This document shows, in pieces, positions 11,628 to 21,523 of a stretch of DNA of 36,647 bases. The notes under the pieces are model-generated. The model did no database searches, was not told the origin of the DNA, and saw only the letters and a program-made list of their open reading frames with translations. Position numbers and translations under genes: made by a program. Position 1 is the first letter of the stretch. Every line of letters begins with the position of its first letter. The stretch comes from a virus (taxonomy: Duplodnaviria > Heunggongvirae > Uroviricota > Caudoviricetes), in the IMG/VR virus record IMGVR_UViG_2698536395_000034. One strand, written 5' to 3'.

Positions 11628-12268
11628 TTGTCGGTATACCTCTCTCGTTTACTCAGTTGTTCAGGAATATGGTGCAGCAGCTCACCGTCGCCGCAGTAAA
11701 TGGCGGCATGATTCGGCACCGATGAACCAAAACAGCACAGCAGCACATCGCCCGGTTGTGCTGATGACAACGCCACCTGATACAGCCCTGTGGCCTCCAG
11801 ATTATCCAGATAGAGATTCTGACCGTTACGCCACCAGTCATCCCCGCGATGAAAATCCGGCATCTCAATCCCCGCCAGATGATAAGCATCCCGGAACAGC
11901 GTGTAACAGTCCGTCACCCCGTGCTCAAAGCGCCGCCCGGTGAGATGCGGCACACAGCGGAACTTGTGAATCGCCCCCCGGCAGACCAGCCACCACGGCA
12001 AATCACTCTGCACCTGCAGCCGCCGGTCAGCCTCACTCAGCCAGGGCAGACCACCGGGATGACTGTGGACCAGTGCCACAATCTCACCCTGCATCTCTGC
12101 CTGCAGCCAGTCCTCCGGAGCCATCCGGAAATAATCCTCCGGCTCACCGGAAATATTCACGCAGGGAAAATATCTTTCCCCCTCCGGCGCTCTCACCACG
12201 AAGCCGCACGACTCCGCTGGCGCACATCGCCGGGCGTGCGCCAGAATCGCTGATTCTGTCTCTGTCAT
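11525..12268 (-). CDS. K: tail assembly protein K (JAB/MPN plus NlpC/P60-like); start uncertain (alternative ATG at 12124)
   Basis: JAMM-type motif HSHPGGLPWLSEAD; the long form starting 4 nt after the L stop keeps the full MPN domain; the short form (199 aa) has GGAGG 11 nt upstream. Confidence 0.8.
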   Translation of the reverse strand: MTETESAILAHARRCAPAESCGFVVRAPEGERYFPCVNISGEPEDYFRMAPEDWLQAEMQGEIVALVHSHPGGLPWLSEADRRLQVQSDLPWWLVCRGAIHKFRCVPHLTGRRFEHGVTDCYTLFRDAYHLAGIEMPDFHRGDDWWRNGQNLYLDNLEATGLYQVALSSAQPGDVLLCCFGSSVPNHAAIYCGDGELLHHIPEQLSKRERYTDKWQRRTHSLWRHRAWHASAFTGIYNDLAAASTFE

Positions 12269-12272
12269 GGGA

Positions 12273-12971
12273 TTACTGCGAAAGTTTGTTAATGGAAAGG
12301 AAGCCGCCAAAGTTGCCGACGTTATTGCGAAACTTACAGCCGCTCAGGCATTTGCTGCATTTATCCTTCGTGATATCGGACGTCGGCTGGTCATATTCAT
12401 CCGCGACTGCCGGACCGTGATAACCGCACTCATCACCGCGATAGGTCCAGGTGCAGGTGTTGGCCAGCATGATACGTCCCGGAAAAACAGCGCCGTCCGT
12501 TTCCGTCGGCGTGGACAGTACAAAAGAGGCACTCACCGCGCTCAGTTCGCTGCACTGCTCAATGCGCCAGCGGCTGATCACCTCCTGCTCCGGATCGGCG
12601 TCACTGTTTCCGTTGACGAAGTTCACCGCATCCAGAAAACGGGCGTAAACCTTACGCCGGACCACCGTTCCGCCGACCAGACTCTGCAGATCTTCCGCCA
12701 TCCCGGTGACCATACCGTACAGGTTAGAAACCGTCAGTGTCGGACGGGCAGCACTGCCCTTGCCGTTCAGTTCAAATCCCGTCCCCTGAATGGGGTATAC
12801 CTGATACTGCCGCCCCTGCCAGATAACCGGCTCACCTTTTTCGTTCTGCTCATTACAGAAAAAATAACGTTCACCACCGACCTCTGTCAGATCGATTTCC
12901 CAGAGCACCACCTGGGCTGACTGAGTGAGGCGTGTCGTCTCATGATGTGTTTCCTGTGGAATATCCTGCAT
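12273..12971 (-). CDS. L: tail tip assembly protein L
   Basis: 232 aa, lambda L-like with C-terminal Cys cluster; order M-L-K-I. Confidence 0.9.
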   Translation of the reverse strand: MQDIPQETHHETTRLTQSAQVVLWEIDLTEVGGERYFFCNEQNEKGEPVIWQGRQYQVYPIQGTGFELNGKGSAARPTLTVSNLYGMVTGMAEDLQSLVGGTVVRRKVYARFLDAVNFVNGNSDADPEQEVISRWRIEQCSELSAVSASFVLSTPTETDGAVFPGRIMLANTCTWTYRGDECGYHGPAVADEYDQPTSDITKDKCSKCLSGCKFRNNVGNFGGFLSINKLSQ

Positions 12972-12980
12972 CAGAGCCTC

Positions 12981-13310
12981 CTATGCCACGACCTGTTCAA
13001 AATCTGCCGTTATGGTTACCCACAGCGCCCCCACGCTTGCCGACCATTTACGACAAACCACCCTGATCGGTTTCCAGTCATAAGGTGGCGTCCACTGAAA
13101 TGCACGGACGCCACCGTGCCGTTCCAGAAAGGCTTTTAAAGATGGGTGGTCACATTTACGAACACGTATCGTCACGCTGTAAGTCGACAACTGGTTATTC
13201 AGTCCCGCCGCACGACGCTGTTCATAACCATCGCCCAGCTTCACTGTCACCACTTTCGGCTCTGATACCACATTCATATCCGGGCGCACTTTCCAGTGAA
13301 ACGTCTCCAT
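12981..13310 (-). CDS. M: tail tip protein M
   Basis: 109 aa; 1-nt overlap with the H stop. Confidence 0.88.
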   Translation of the reverse strand: METFHWKVRPDMNVVSEPKVVTVKLGDGYEQRRAAGLNNQLSTYSVTIRVRKCDHPSLKAFLERHGGVRAFQWTPPYDWKPIRVVCRKWSASVGALWVTITADFEQVVA

Positions 13311-16300
13311 TACCGATATGCTCCACTTAACCGACCACCATCACGGGCCTGCTGTTGCATAAAGTCCGCTGCCGCTTTTTTCCCGAGGTCATAAACCGCC
13401 TTCAGGGCAGCCGGACCTATCTGCCCGTTCGTGCCATCGTTATTGATCTCGATGTTGTACTGCGGGGAAAACATCGCCATACCTGACCCCCCAATATCCG
13501 CCACAACCCCCAGCTTACCGTCAGCACCACGACGCAATGGCAGAATGGCTTCAGGTCCCGCTTCCCCCATCACACCCGCGCCTTTTGCAAAAGCAAAAAA
13601 CGTCGGACGGTTAACCACCGTGCCACTGTAACGACTCAAATCAGCAGACTGATAAATCCCCCCATTGGCATTCAGGGAAAGGCTGCTGAGATCAAATCCC
13701 AGTACACTGCCAATCCCTTTTATCGATTTCATCATGGTTGCCTGCGCCAGGATTTTCGCCATATCTGACAGCACAGAAGAGGTGAAGGATTTGAAATTGA
13801 GTTTGCCGGTAGTGACAAAAGTTGCCAGGCCATTTCCCATGTTGCTGAAGGCTGACGAGAACACCTGTTCTGCTGTTTCTGCCGTATTATCTGCATCCAC
13901 GGTAAAATCCTGAAATGCACGCAGGACTCCGTTTTTCCAGTTACCCTGCACAACTTCAAGCTGTTGCCAGTAACGGCGATTCTCATTCAGTTGTCGGTTC
14001 AGGCTCTCCGTCAGCGCCTGCTCGGCCTTTCTGTAGTCATCCGTGTTATATGTCCCTTTCTGCTCACTATCCCGCCTCAACTGCTCCAGCTGTTGCTGGT
14101 ATTTCTGGCGAAGACTCAGTTGTACCTGATATCGCTGTCGCTGCTGATCACCCATACCCACCGTGGCGATATCCAGGTCATGTTGCTGACGCTGAGCGCG
14201 CTCTTCTTCAGCCAGTTGACTGGTCAGCTGAATTGTTTTTTTCTTCAGCTCGTTGAGTGCCGTCTGTTTCTGAAGCTCCTGCTGTTTTACATCCAGCAGC
14301 GTCAGTGCCTGAATCAGTTCATCTTTACGGGCCAGCACACTCTTTTCATCTGCCGTCAGTTTTTTCCCGTCCAGGTCGCTGATGCGCTGCTGCAGAGCCA
14401 GAAGCTGTTTATGCGCTTCTGTCATCCTTTCCGTGGCAATGCCTGCTGACTGTCTGGCAGCAGCAATCTGTCCTTCCACCTGTGCCTGTTGCTGACTGTA
14501 CTGCAGCAATAACCGGGTGGCCTCATCATTACGGGTTTCGCGTGTTTTTTTCTTACCGGATGCCAGGGCTTTCTCGTAACGTTCATTTTCACGTTGTATC
14601 GCCGCATCCCTGACAGCCTGATCGGCGTACTGCATGGCATTAATACGCGCAATTTCACGCTGATGTCGTGCTGCTTCCGTTTCATTCATCCGGTTCAGTG
14701 CAGCATTTTCAGCATTACGGCGTTTCTGTTGCTCCTGATAATTCCGCTCTGCCTGCTCTTTTGCATCCTGCAAATCCTTCTGGCGTTTTTTCTCCTGAAG
14801 ATCGTTAAGACGCTGCTGATCGTATTCAACCTGAGAAGATGATGCCGTCCAGGGGAGTCTTTTCGCCCGCGACACTTTCTCCTGTAAAGCGGCAATCTGT
14901 TCATCCAGCGAGTCTTCACGACCAATATTCATGGCCGCATCCCAGAAACGACTCCACAAATCAGACAGATACTTCAGCGTACTGCCAAGCGCATTGAGGT
15001 TATTATCAATATCCGCAGTACGCCGACCGGTTTCCTCTGCCAGTGCAGACATGGCTATCCGTGCAGCATCACTGGACCGCCCCTGCTCCCCAAGGACGCG
15101 TATCTGCTCAAGCTGAGTGGCAGTAAGAAAATGCAGCTCATTGTCCAGAGCCTTCGCGGCATTTACAGGATCATCCTTCAGCCGCTTAAACTGATTTATG
15201 GTATCGCTGACCGACTGGCCAACCGATCGCTCCATCTGTGCGGCAACTCTCGCCACCATACCGATATCGTTTCCACGAAATGCACCACTCCCCACCACCT
15301 GAGCCAGCGCACCGGCTGCAGCATGTTGCGTGATACCATTCCCGGAAATAGCACGACTGAGCGTCCACAGCTGCCCGGCAGTGACTCCGGCATAATGCCC
15401 CGTCAGCGACAACTGGCGGTTAAATTCTTCCCCCTCCTTCTGACCGTCATACCAGGCTTTACCCAGACCATAGACGGCCGCGGCAATACCGCCAATAACC
15501 CCGCCAAGCATCATGCCTTTCGGTGACATCAGTGTGTCTATCCATCCGGCACGGTTAGCCAGCGTTATCCCGGATCCCCTCAGCGCCCCTAAATTGCCGC
15601 GGGCCAGTTCACCTATCAGAACGCCTATCTCCTGGCGGGCTGCTGCACTTTTCAGACCCAGCGAATGCGTGGCTTTTCCTGCCTGCTCCATTTTGCGGAT
15701 ATACACTTCTGCAGCACTGCTTACCCCCAGCTGGGCTGCCTTAGCACGAAGCAACTCAGAAGATGAAAGATTCAGGCGGGTTGCCTGCTCTTTAAGCTGA
15801 CGGATAAACGCCACTTTCTGTCGGGTAGCCTCTTCCTCAGCCTGTGTAAGAACACGGGTTTTCGCAGTAACCTCAGAAATCAGCGCCAGATAATCCTGCT
15901 GACCAATCCCGCCACTGTTTCTGGCCTGTCGGATCTGCTGCTGAATACGCTGTAATTCCTGCAGCCCCGCACTGGCCTGTTTCACACTGTCAATCTGACG
16001 ATAAAACGCAGCAGCCGCTTTATCCTGAGCCTCCGCCAGAGCCATGGCCTGCGCCTGTTCCTCGCGCATTTTCTGGCTCAGTGCCTCCATGCGCTGGCGG
16101 GTTTTCTCCACCTCGCGGGCCATGCGTTCATGAGCCTGTGCGTTCTTCTCCACCGTCTGCGCATGGACGGATGCGGCTGTTGCAGCCGAAGAAGCTGCCT
16201 GCGTTGTCTGCCGGGCGGCCTGAGTCTGACGCTCCATAAAACGCTGCATACGGGCAGAAGACCGTTCTGCATCGCTGGCTGCACCATTCAGAAGGTTTTT

Positions 16301-16375
16301 GATACGGGGAATTTCATTTTTAAACTCTGCCGCATCAATCCCCAAATCAATGACCAGGTTGGCTATCTGGTCCAT
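13310..16375 (-). CDS. H: tail tape measure protein H
   Basis: 1021 aa from ATG 16375 (GGAGGTG 7 nt upstream); long Q/A/E/R-rich coiled-coil centre; C-terminal ...NNDGTNGQIGPAALKAVYD... is lambda H-like. Confidence 0.9.
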   Translation of the reverse strand: MDQIANLVIDLGIDAAEFKNEIPRIKNLLNGAASDAERSSARMQRFMERQTQAARQTTQAASSAATAASVHAQTVEKNAQAHERMAREVEKTRQRMEALSQKMREEQAQAMALAEAQDKAAAAFYRQIDSVKQASAGLQELQRIQQQIRQARNSGGIGQQDYLALISEVTAKTRVLTQAEEEATRQKVAFIRQLKEQATRLNLSSSELLRAKAAQLGVSSAAEVYIRKMEQAGKATHSLGLKSAAARQEIGVLIGELARGNLGALRGSGITLANRAGWIDTLMSPKGMMLGGVIGGIAAAVYGLGKAWYDGQKEGEEFNRQLSLTGHYAGVTAGQLWTLSRAISGNGITQHAAAGALAQVVGSGAFRGNDIGMVARVAAQMERSVGQSVSDTINQFKRLKDDPVNAAKALDNELHFLTATQLEQIRVLGEQGRSSDAARIAMSALAEETGRRTADIDNNLNALGSTLKYLSDLWSRFWDAAMNIGREDSLDEQIAALQEKVSRAKRLPWTASSSQVEYDQQRLNDLQEKKRQKDLQDAKEQAERNYQEQQKRRNAENAALNRMNETEAARHQREIARINAMQYADQAVRDAAIQRENERYEKALASGKKKTRETRNDEATRLLLQYSQQQAQVEGQIAAARQSAGIATERMTEAHKQLLALQQRISDLDGKKLTADEKSVLARKDELIQALTLLDVKQQELQKQTALNELKKKTIQLTSQLAEEERAQRQQHDLDIATVGMGDQQRQRYQVQLSLRQKYQQQLEQLRRDSEQKGTYNTDDYRKAEQALTESLNRQLNENRRYWQQLEVVQGNWKNGVLRAFQDFTVDADNTAETAEQVFSSAFSNMGNGLATFVTTGKLNFKSFTSSVLSDMAKILAQATMMKSIKGIGSVLGFDLSSLSLNANGGIYQSADLSRYSGTVVNRPTFFAFAKGAGVMGEAGPEAILPLRRGADGKLGVVADIGGSGMAMFSPQYNIEINNDGTNGQIGPAALKAVYDLGKKAAADFMQQQARDGGRLSGAYR

Positions 16376-17074
16376 AACGCACACCTCCGGAAATACCTTC
16401 CCCAAGATGCATCAGTTCTTCGTCCGTTCGCTCCGGTATCCCGTTCTCTTCCGGTAAAAGGCTGAAATCAGCCACCGCAGCATCACTGCTGCCGGACACC
16501 ATTCTCACGATCAATGCCTTCAGCGAGGCAAACTGCGCATCCATCCACACATCACTGAAGCTCTGCATCCGGAAATAATCGCCCCACTCACCAAGCTCAG
16601 TGGCCGACATTTCCGACAGCATCCGCCGCCAGTCTGCCCGCCGGAACTCCCGGGCAAGCCGCATGACAAACTGCATTTCCCGCGTCAGGACTTTTCCGGC
16701 GTCAGCGCCTCATGCTCATCATCCACGGCATTATCAATGGCCCCCATACCGCTCAGCGACAGAACCATCTCCGCCCCCGCACCCAGGGCATCATACGACC
16801 ATGTTGTAATAACGGATGCGCAAAGCGTCTCTACATCCTTAGACTGATCCGCATTCCACAGTGAGCGGGAAACCAGCCAGGCATTGATATCCATCCCCAT
16901 CCGCAGAAAAGCAATCTGTCGTTCAGCCTCCGGCAGTTCTCCCTCCCCGGCATCAAACTTTGCCGTTCGCTGCTGAACAAACGTCAGATATTCAATTCTC
17001 TGCAGCCCGGACAGCTCACTGAGCACCACGGACTGTTTTTCATAATTAAACGTGTCCTGTTTCAGAAACATCAT
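16347..17074 (-). CDS. T: tail assembly chaperone G-T fusion made by -1 programmed frameshift near the 3' end of G
   Basis: The T ORF (16347..16676) is in the -1 frame relative to G and stays open upstream across the G stop; candidate slip region CCGGAAAAG at 16691..16699; arrangement conserved in lambda-like phages. Confidence 0.65.
16685..17074 (-). CDS. G: tail assembly chaperone G
   Basis: 129 aa from ATG 17074 (GGAG upstream), MMFLKQDTF...; between V and H. Confidence 0.85.
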   Translation of the reverse strand: MMFLKQDTFNYEKQSVVLSELSGLQRIEYLTFVQQRTAKFDAGEGELPEAERQIAFLRMGMDINAWLVSRSLWNADQSKDVETLCASVITTWSYDALGAGAEMVLSLSGMGAIDNAVDDEHEALTPEKS

Positions 17075-17131
17075 GTTCTCCACCTGCAAAAAAGCCCCGA
17101 ATAACCGGGGCAAATGATGAGTATCGTCCTG

Positions 17132-17875
17132 TTAACCTGCTGCGCTGACAGTCACCGCAGTCACAGCCACAAAATTCCCGTCAGCGGTCATGCCCACAAT
17201 GCTGACACTGCCCTGCTTCACGCCTTTTACCGTGGCCACAAGTCCGTTCAGGGTAACCGTGGCAGTCTGTGGATCTGACGAATGCACACTGATCGCTTTG
17301 TCACTGGCTCCGTCAGGTTTTACTGTAAAGGTCAGCGTGGTGGTTGCTCCCACTTTTACACTGGCAGACGCCGGTGATACTGTCAGCCCGGTAACGCTCA
17401 CGGTTTCAGTGCCTTCCTCTGCCAGATACGGACGCCCCACACCGCTGATTTTCACAGTGCGGGTCATCACGTCTTTTGAGGCAATGGTTTTACCCAGTGA
17501 GCTCAGCCAGCCACGGAAAACATCAACAGTGCCGTTGGGATATTTGATACGAAACGCGCAGACTTCACCGGAGTCGAACAACTGAACCAGTTTTTTCTGC
17601 CCGCTGTCACCCGGACGCCAGGCCAGCGTCGCCGAAGTATCACCAACGGATTTCTGCCCCTGGGTTGTCGTTTTCCAGTCTGCATCTTCATCATCGAGAT
17701 AAGTGTCATCTTCTGCATCAGCGGTCATTTCGCCAGGTTGCAGATCCTTCACCATCGCAAGACGCAGCCAGTCAGTGTCCGACAAAGGGTTCGCAAACGC
17801 ATCGCCGTTGCCGGTATACATCCAGAACGTCGTCCCCGCACCTTTCGTCTTTGCCAGTGGATTTGGTGTGGTCAT
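17132..17875 (-). CDS. V: major tail tube protein V with C-terminal Ig-like domain
   Basis: ATG 17875 with AAGGAGGT 5 nt upstream; MTTPNPLAKTKGAGTTFWMY... closely resembles lambda V; C-terminal region looks like a Big_2-type domain. Confidence 0.92.
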   Translation of the reverse strand: MTTPNPLAKTKGAGTTFWMYTGNGDAFANPLSDTDWLRLAMVKDLQPGEMTADAEDDTYLDDEDADWKTTTQGQKSVGDTSATLAWRPGDSGQKKLVQLFDSGEVCAFRIKYPNGTVDVFRGWLSSLGKTIASKDVMTRTVKISGVGRPYLAEEGTETVSVTGLTVSPASASVKVGATTTLTFTVKPDGASDKAISVHSSDPQTATVTLNGLVATVKGVKQGSVSIVGMTADGNFVAVTAVTVSAAG

Positions 17876-17885
17876 TACCACCTCC

Positions 17886-18287
17886 TTAATTCGTGTACGT
17901 GATCTGGTACGTGATTTCCGCCATCGCCCAGGTGGCCATCTCATTATCACGTTGATAGTTAAAACCGAGTGGGATCAGGGTGTCGATGAGTCCGGAAAGT
18001 GCCGGTATATCATTCAGGGCAGGGAAAATGGTGCTCTCCATCCACATATCCAGCTCTGAATCCGGTGCCTGTGCCCGGATGAAGACGGCAATATGCAGAA
18101 CAGCCTGCCAGTCATCTTCATCCGTCATTTTTCCGGTGTACTGAGCATCACTCAGCCACACCGCCACGGCAGGCAGTTCCTGCGCATCAATAAATGCCGG
18201 AAGCCCGTCAAAAAACGTGGCGCTGTCTCCACACTGTTCCCGAAGGCGTGCCAGTACGGCCTGGCGGATTTGTGTATGTCGGTTCAT
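17886..18287 (-). CDS. U: tail terminator protein U
   Basis: 133 aa; ATGA overlap with the Z stop (coupling as in lambda Z/U); lambda U-like (ATFFDGLPA...DSELDMWMES). Confidence 0.85.
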   Translation of the reverse strand: MNRHTQIRQAVLARLREQCGDSATFFDGLPAFIDAQELPAVAVWLSDAQYTGKMTDEDDWQAVLHIAVFIRAQAPDSELDMWMESTIFPALNDIPALSGLIDTLIPLGFNYQRDNEMATWAMAEITYQITYTN

Positions 18288-18862
18288 CGGGTCAGCCATA
18301 ACCTCAGTTGTTGTTTTAGTGCATACCCCAGCTGTTTCGGCATTTCCGCAGCAATGATGTGGTCGCGGGCATCTTCAAATGCCTGTGTCAGCGATCCGGA
18401 CAGCGGGATTTTCACCACATCAATGGGGTAACGATTTTTGCCATCAATACGTCGCATCACATGCCAGCGACCATTCGCCAGTTGCTGAATAAACGCATCC
18501 CGGAAAAGATATTTACCCACCTTCAGCACACTGCCACGGTACTGCAGTTTTCCACCACGCCGGGCCAGTCTGACCCGGGCTGTCCCCAGCTTAATGGCGG
18601 GCAGATTGCCCCGGTTAACGCGGATCCTGACCGTCATTTTTCCTGACGGACTGGCTTTAAACACCCGGACACGCTGACGTACCAGTTTCAGGGGGATCCC
18701 TTTCACCTGGTTATCTCCCGCAACGGTATTCCCGGCAACCTGCCGGGTGGCAACCGAGACCGCTTTCTGTGCCACACGGTTTATCGCCCATGCGCTGGCC
18801 TGTGGCACCATACGGGTATCAAGGCTGTTCAGATTGCGGATGGCATTCTCAAGCCCCTTCAT
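18284..18862 (-). CDS. Z: tail completion protein Z
   Basis: 192 aa, same length class and position as lambda Z. Confidence 0.8.
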   Translation of the reverse strand: MKGLENAIRNLNSLDTRMVPQASAWAINRVAQKAVSVATRQVAGNTVAGDNQVKGIPLKLVRQRVRVFKASPSGKMTVRIRVNRGNLPAIKLGTARVRLARRGGKLQYRGSVLKVGKYLFRDAFIQQLANGRWHVMRRIDGKNRYPIDVVKIPLSGSLTQAFEDARDHIIAAEMPKQLGYALKQQLRLWLTR

Positions 18863-18873
18863 CCCACACCTCT

Positions 18874-19149
18874 TTACTCAATAAAGATCATTGGCTTACC
18901 GTTAAAACGTTCATGCCGTGTGACCGTCCATTGTTGTCCGTCATAAACAACGCGATCCCCGCGCCGTGGGCGGTATCCCGAAGAAAACACCACCAGAGAG
19001 ACCGCAGGTCCGGACAGAGCATTCAGCTCTGCCAGTGTTTCTCCCGGGATCACAATCATATCGACATCATTAATCGAGGCTGTCTTTCCCATCTTTCTGA
19101 CCGTGATCGCATCCATACGCGCTGCCAGCCGGGAAAAGGGATCAGACAT
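18874..19149 (-). CDS. putative head-tail joining / head completion protein (FII position)
   Basis: 91-aa ORF between head genes and Z; assigned by position only. Confidence 0.4.
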   Translation of the reverse strand: MSDPFSRLAARMDAITVRKMGKTASINDVDMIVIPGETLAELNALSGPAVSLVVFSSGYRPRRGDRVVYDGQQWTVTRHERFNGKPMIFIE

Positions 19150-19465
19150 TGAGTTTTACCGGCACTTCTTCTGCACTGGTTCCGGCATCTGCCCAGACAA
19201 CCCCGACCAGCGGCTCAGAGCCGCTGTTAGTCAGCTGAACTTTTCCTGACTTCAGATAAACCTTCTTACCCGTTTTCATGTCATCCGTTTTCAGCTTAGG
19301 CAGCATAAACACACCTTCGGTTATGCCGTCGCCTGTTTCTCCCTGTGGAATATCGGTCAGCGCCACCGCAAAAACATCCCCCACCTGCACCAGATCTCCG
19401 CTGCTGATGGCTGCACTGGCAACAATCGCCACCGTTTTTCCTTCTTCTACAAAATTCTTTGCCAT
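19142..19465 (-). CDS. small phage head-associated protein (DUF2190-like); function unknown
   Basis: 107 aa from ATG 19465 (GGAGA upstream), directly downstream of the capsid gene; Gly-rich; ORF-track upstream extension lacks an RBS. Confidence 0.4.
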   Translation of the reverse strand: MAKNFVEEGKTVAIVASAAISSGDLVQVGDVFAVALTDIPQGETGDGITEGVFMLPKLKTDDMKTGKKVYLKSGKVQLTNSGSEPLVGVVWADAGTSAEEVPVKLNV

Positions 19466-19551
19466 AACTGTCTCCGCACAGCCCCGTTCAGGGGCTGATT
19501 TCAGGTACAAAAAAAGCCCTTACGGGCCATCAGAGTTGTTGTCTGCGACGT

Positions 19552-21510
19552 TTACGCCGTACATTTCACCAGGCCGCGGTGATCAACTGGCGCAACACCA
19601 GCGTCAATACGCACTTTCGTTGTCACGCCATCCACACTGAAGCCCTCCATCTGATCAATATATGGCGTATCCACACCGTTGAGATAAGCCACTTCAATCG
19701 TATCGGAGCCTTTGGACGCAGCCAGGTAGAAGGTGGTCTGGCTGTTATCATCAAGACGAGGCTCTGCAATAACGGTCGCAAAATCTTTCACCGGGTTAAT
19801 AATACCGGCGTTAATGTCAGCCCCCTTGACACTTGAGGAGCGAATGACCTGGTTAGCAACAGACTCCATCGCCGTCGGTACCAGTACGAACGCAGGACGA
19901 ATATTCAGATGACGCTCACCCTCTTTCTGAACGCGCATCAACTGGCGGGCTTTATCCAGCGATGCCACGTCCATTGCCGCGCTCTCCAGTACGTTTGCAT
20001 GTTTCGCTTTATCGAACAGACTTACATTATCTGTGGAGATTTTCGGGTTAGACGTCAGAATGGCATAAACCAGATCGGCAATAGTGGATTTCGCCGCACG
20101 GCCCAGCTTCATCGGGACATCGGTCAGCATATTCAGATCATCATTGATAATGGCCTGACGGGTGATACTGAACAGCTCGCCATAGGTCGCCAGTGCAATA
20201 GTGGCCTGTTTATCTCCGGTGGTGACGTATTTATATTCTGCCCCTTCACGCACCTGACGCAGAGCACTGAAGCCCCCCATACCCACACGATGGGCAATTT
20301 TAAAATCAGACAACTGACCTTTCCGCGTCCACTGTTCATAGGTTTCAGGGGCATCTTCCCAGCCCTGCAGAATGGCTTTGTTCGCAACATCCAGCAGAAT
20401 ATTACCGAAGTCAGACGTACTGTGTGTGAACGCCGCACCGACCATCTGCATCGGGTTATAACTGGAAACACCAATACCACGTTCAGTCAGTGACATACGG
20501 GCATATTCACGCAGGGTCATCCCGTTGTAGACATTATCACGTTCAGTTTTTTCAAACCCGGCGCGCGCCATCAGCGCCTGGCGGATCCCGTCCCCCACAA
20601 AATTACCGTTACCGGCATAAATATGAGCCGGGGTATTTTTATTGGATGGCGTGGACTCGCGCCCCATCTCGTTCAACAGCTTTTCGCGGGCCTGCTCCAG
20701 CGAACATTCAGGATCGGCAAGACACTGAGCCTGCAACGACTGATAACGCCCGCCAAACATGGCAAACAGATCATTAATACCGTTTACACGCGCTTTTTGC
20801 TCTGCCAGGACCTGCGCACGGATGCTGTTTTCATCCACCACGGGTGCTGCTGCCTGCACTGGCGTCCGGGAGGCTGCAGGTCCATCATCCTGTACGCGTG
20901 GAGCACTGTTGCGTGGCGGAGTAATCATATTTCGAATGGATTCCGGCATCTTTTTAAATTCCTCTGTACGTTTTGACTGAATACATGCCATTGCCTTAAC
21001 GGCTGGTGTCACCTGATCAGCAAATCCCTGTGCCAGACATTCGGCACCGGACATCCAGGTCTCATCCGCCAGCATGGCAGCAATTTCATCGGTGGTTTTC
21101 CCGGTTTTCTGTGCATAAGCGGGTAACAGAACCGCCTCAACTTTATCGAGCAGGTCGGCATAGGTGCGCATGTCCTCCGCATCACCGCCCGTAAAGCCAA
21201 ATGGTTTATGAATCATCATGAAGGAGTTTTCCGGCATAATGACCGGGTTTCCTACCATCGCAATGACCGACGCCATTGACGCCGCCACACCGTCGACATA
21301 AACGGTAATGGACGCACCATGTGTTTTCAGCGCATTAAAAATGGCGATGCCTTCAAAGACATCGCCACCCGGTGAATTAATATGGAGATTAATGTGGGTG
21401 ATATCGCCCAGTGCATTCAGATCACTGATAAACTGCTTCGCTGTAACACCCCAGAAACCAATCTCGTCATAAATATAAATATCCGCGTCACTCTGGTGAC
21501 CAGCCTGCAT
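19552..21510 (-). CDS. prohead protease (ClpP/S49-like) fused to major capsid protein
   Basis: 652 aa from ATG 21510, 14 nt after the portal stop; N-terminal protease motifs INSPGGDVFEGIAIFNALK and GVAASMASVIA; no separate capsid, scaffold or decoration gene between portal and tail genes. Confidence 0.8.
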   Translation of the reverse strand: MQAGHQSDADIYIYDEIGFWGVTAKQFISDLNALGDITHINLHINSPGGDVFEGIAIFNALKTHGASITVYVDGVAASMASVIAMVGNPVIMPENSFMMIHKPFGFTGGDAEDMRTYADLLDKVEAVLLPAYAQKTGKTTDEIAAMLADETWMSGAECLAQGFADQVTPAVKAMACIQSKRTEEFKKMPESIRNMITPPRNSAPRVQDDGPAASRTPVQAAAPVVDENSIRAQVLAEQKARVNGINDLFAMFGGRYQSLQAQCLADPECSLEQAREKLLNEMGRESTPSNKNTPAHIYAGNGNFVGDGIRQALMARAGFEKTERDNVYNGMTLREYARMSLTERGIGVSSYNPMQMVGAAFTHSTSDFGNILLDVANKAILQGWEDAPETYEQWTRKGQLSDFKIAHRVGMGGFSALRQVREGAEYKYVTTGDKQATIALATYGELFSITRQAIINDDLNMLTDVPMKLGRAAKSTIADLVYAILTSNPKISTDNVSLFDKAKHANVLESAAMDVASLDKARQLMRVQKEGERHLNIRPAFVLVPTAMESVANQVIRSSSVKGADINAGIINPVKDFATVIAEPRLDDNSQTTFYLAASKGSDTIEVAYLNGVDTPYIDQMEGFSVDGVTTKVRIDAGVAPVDHRGLVKCTA

Positions 21511-21523
21511 CCTGAACCAGGAA

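Noticed and set aside
12267-12920. 217-aa plus-strand ORF
   Set aside because: Antisense to tail gene L, with no independent support.
13964-14449. 161-aa plus-strand ORF and other ORFs inside H
   Set aside because: Antisense to or out of frame with the tape measure gene; Leu/Gln-rich mirror of the coiled-coil coding sequence.
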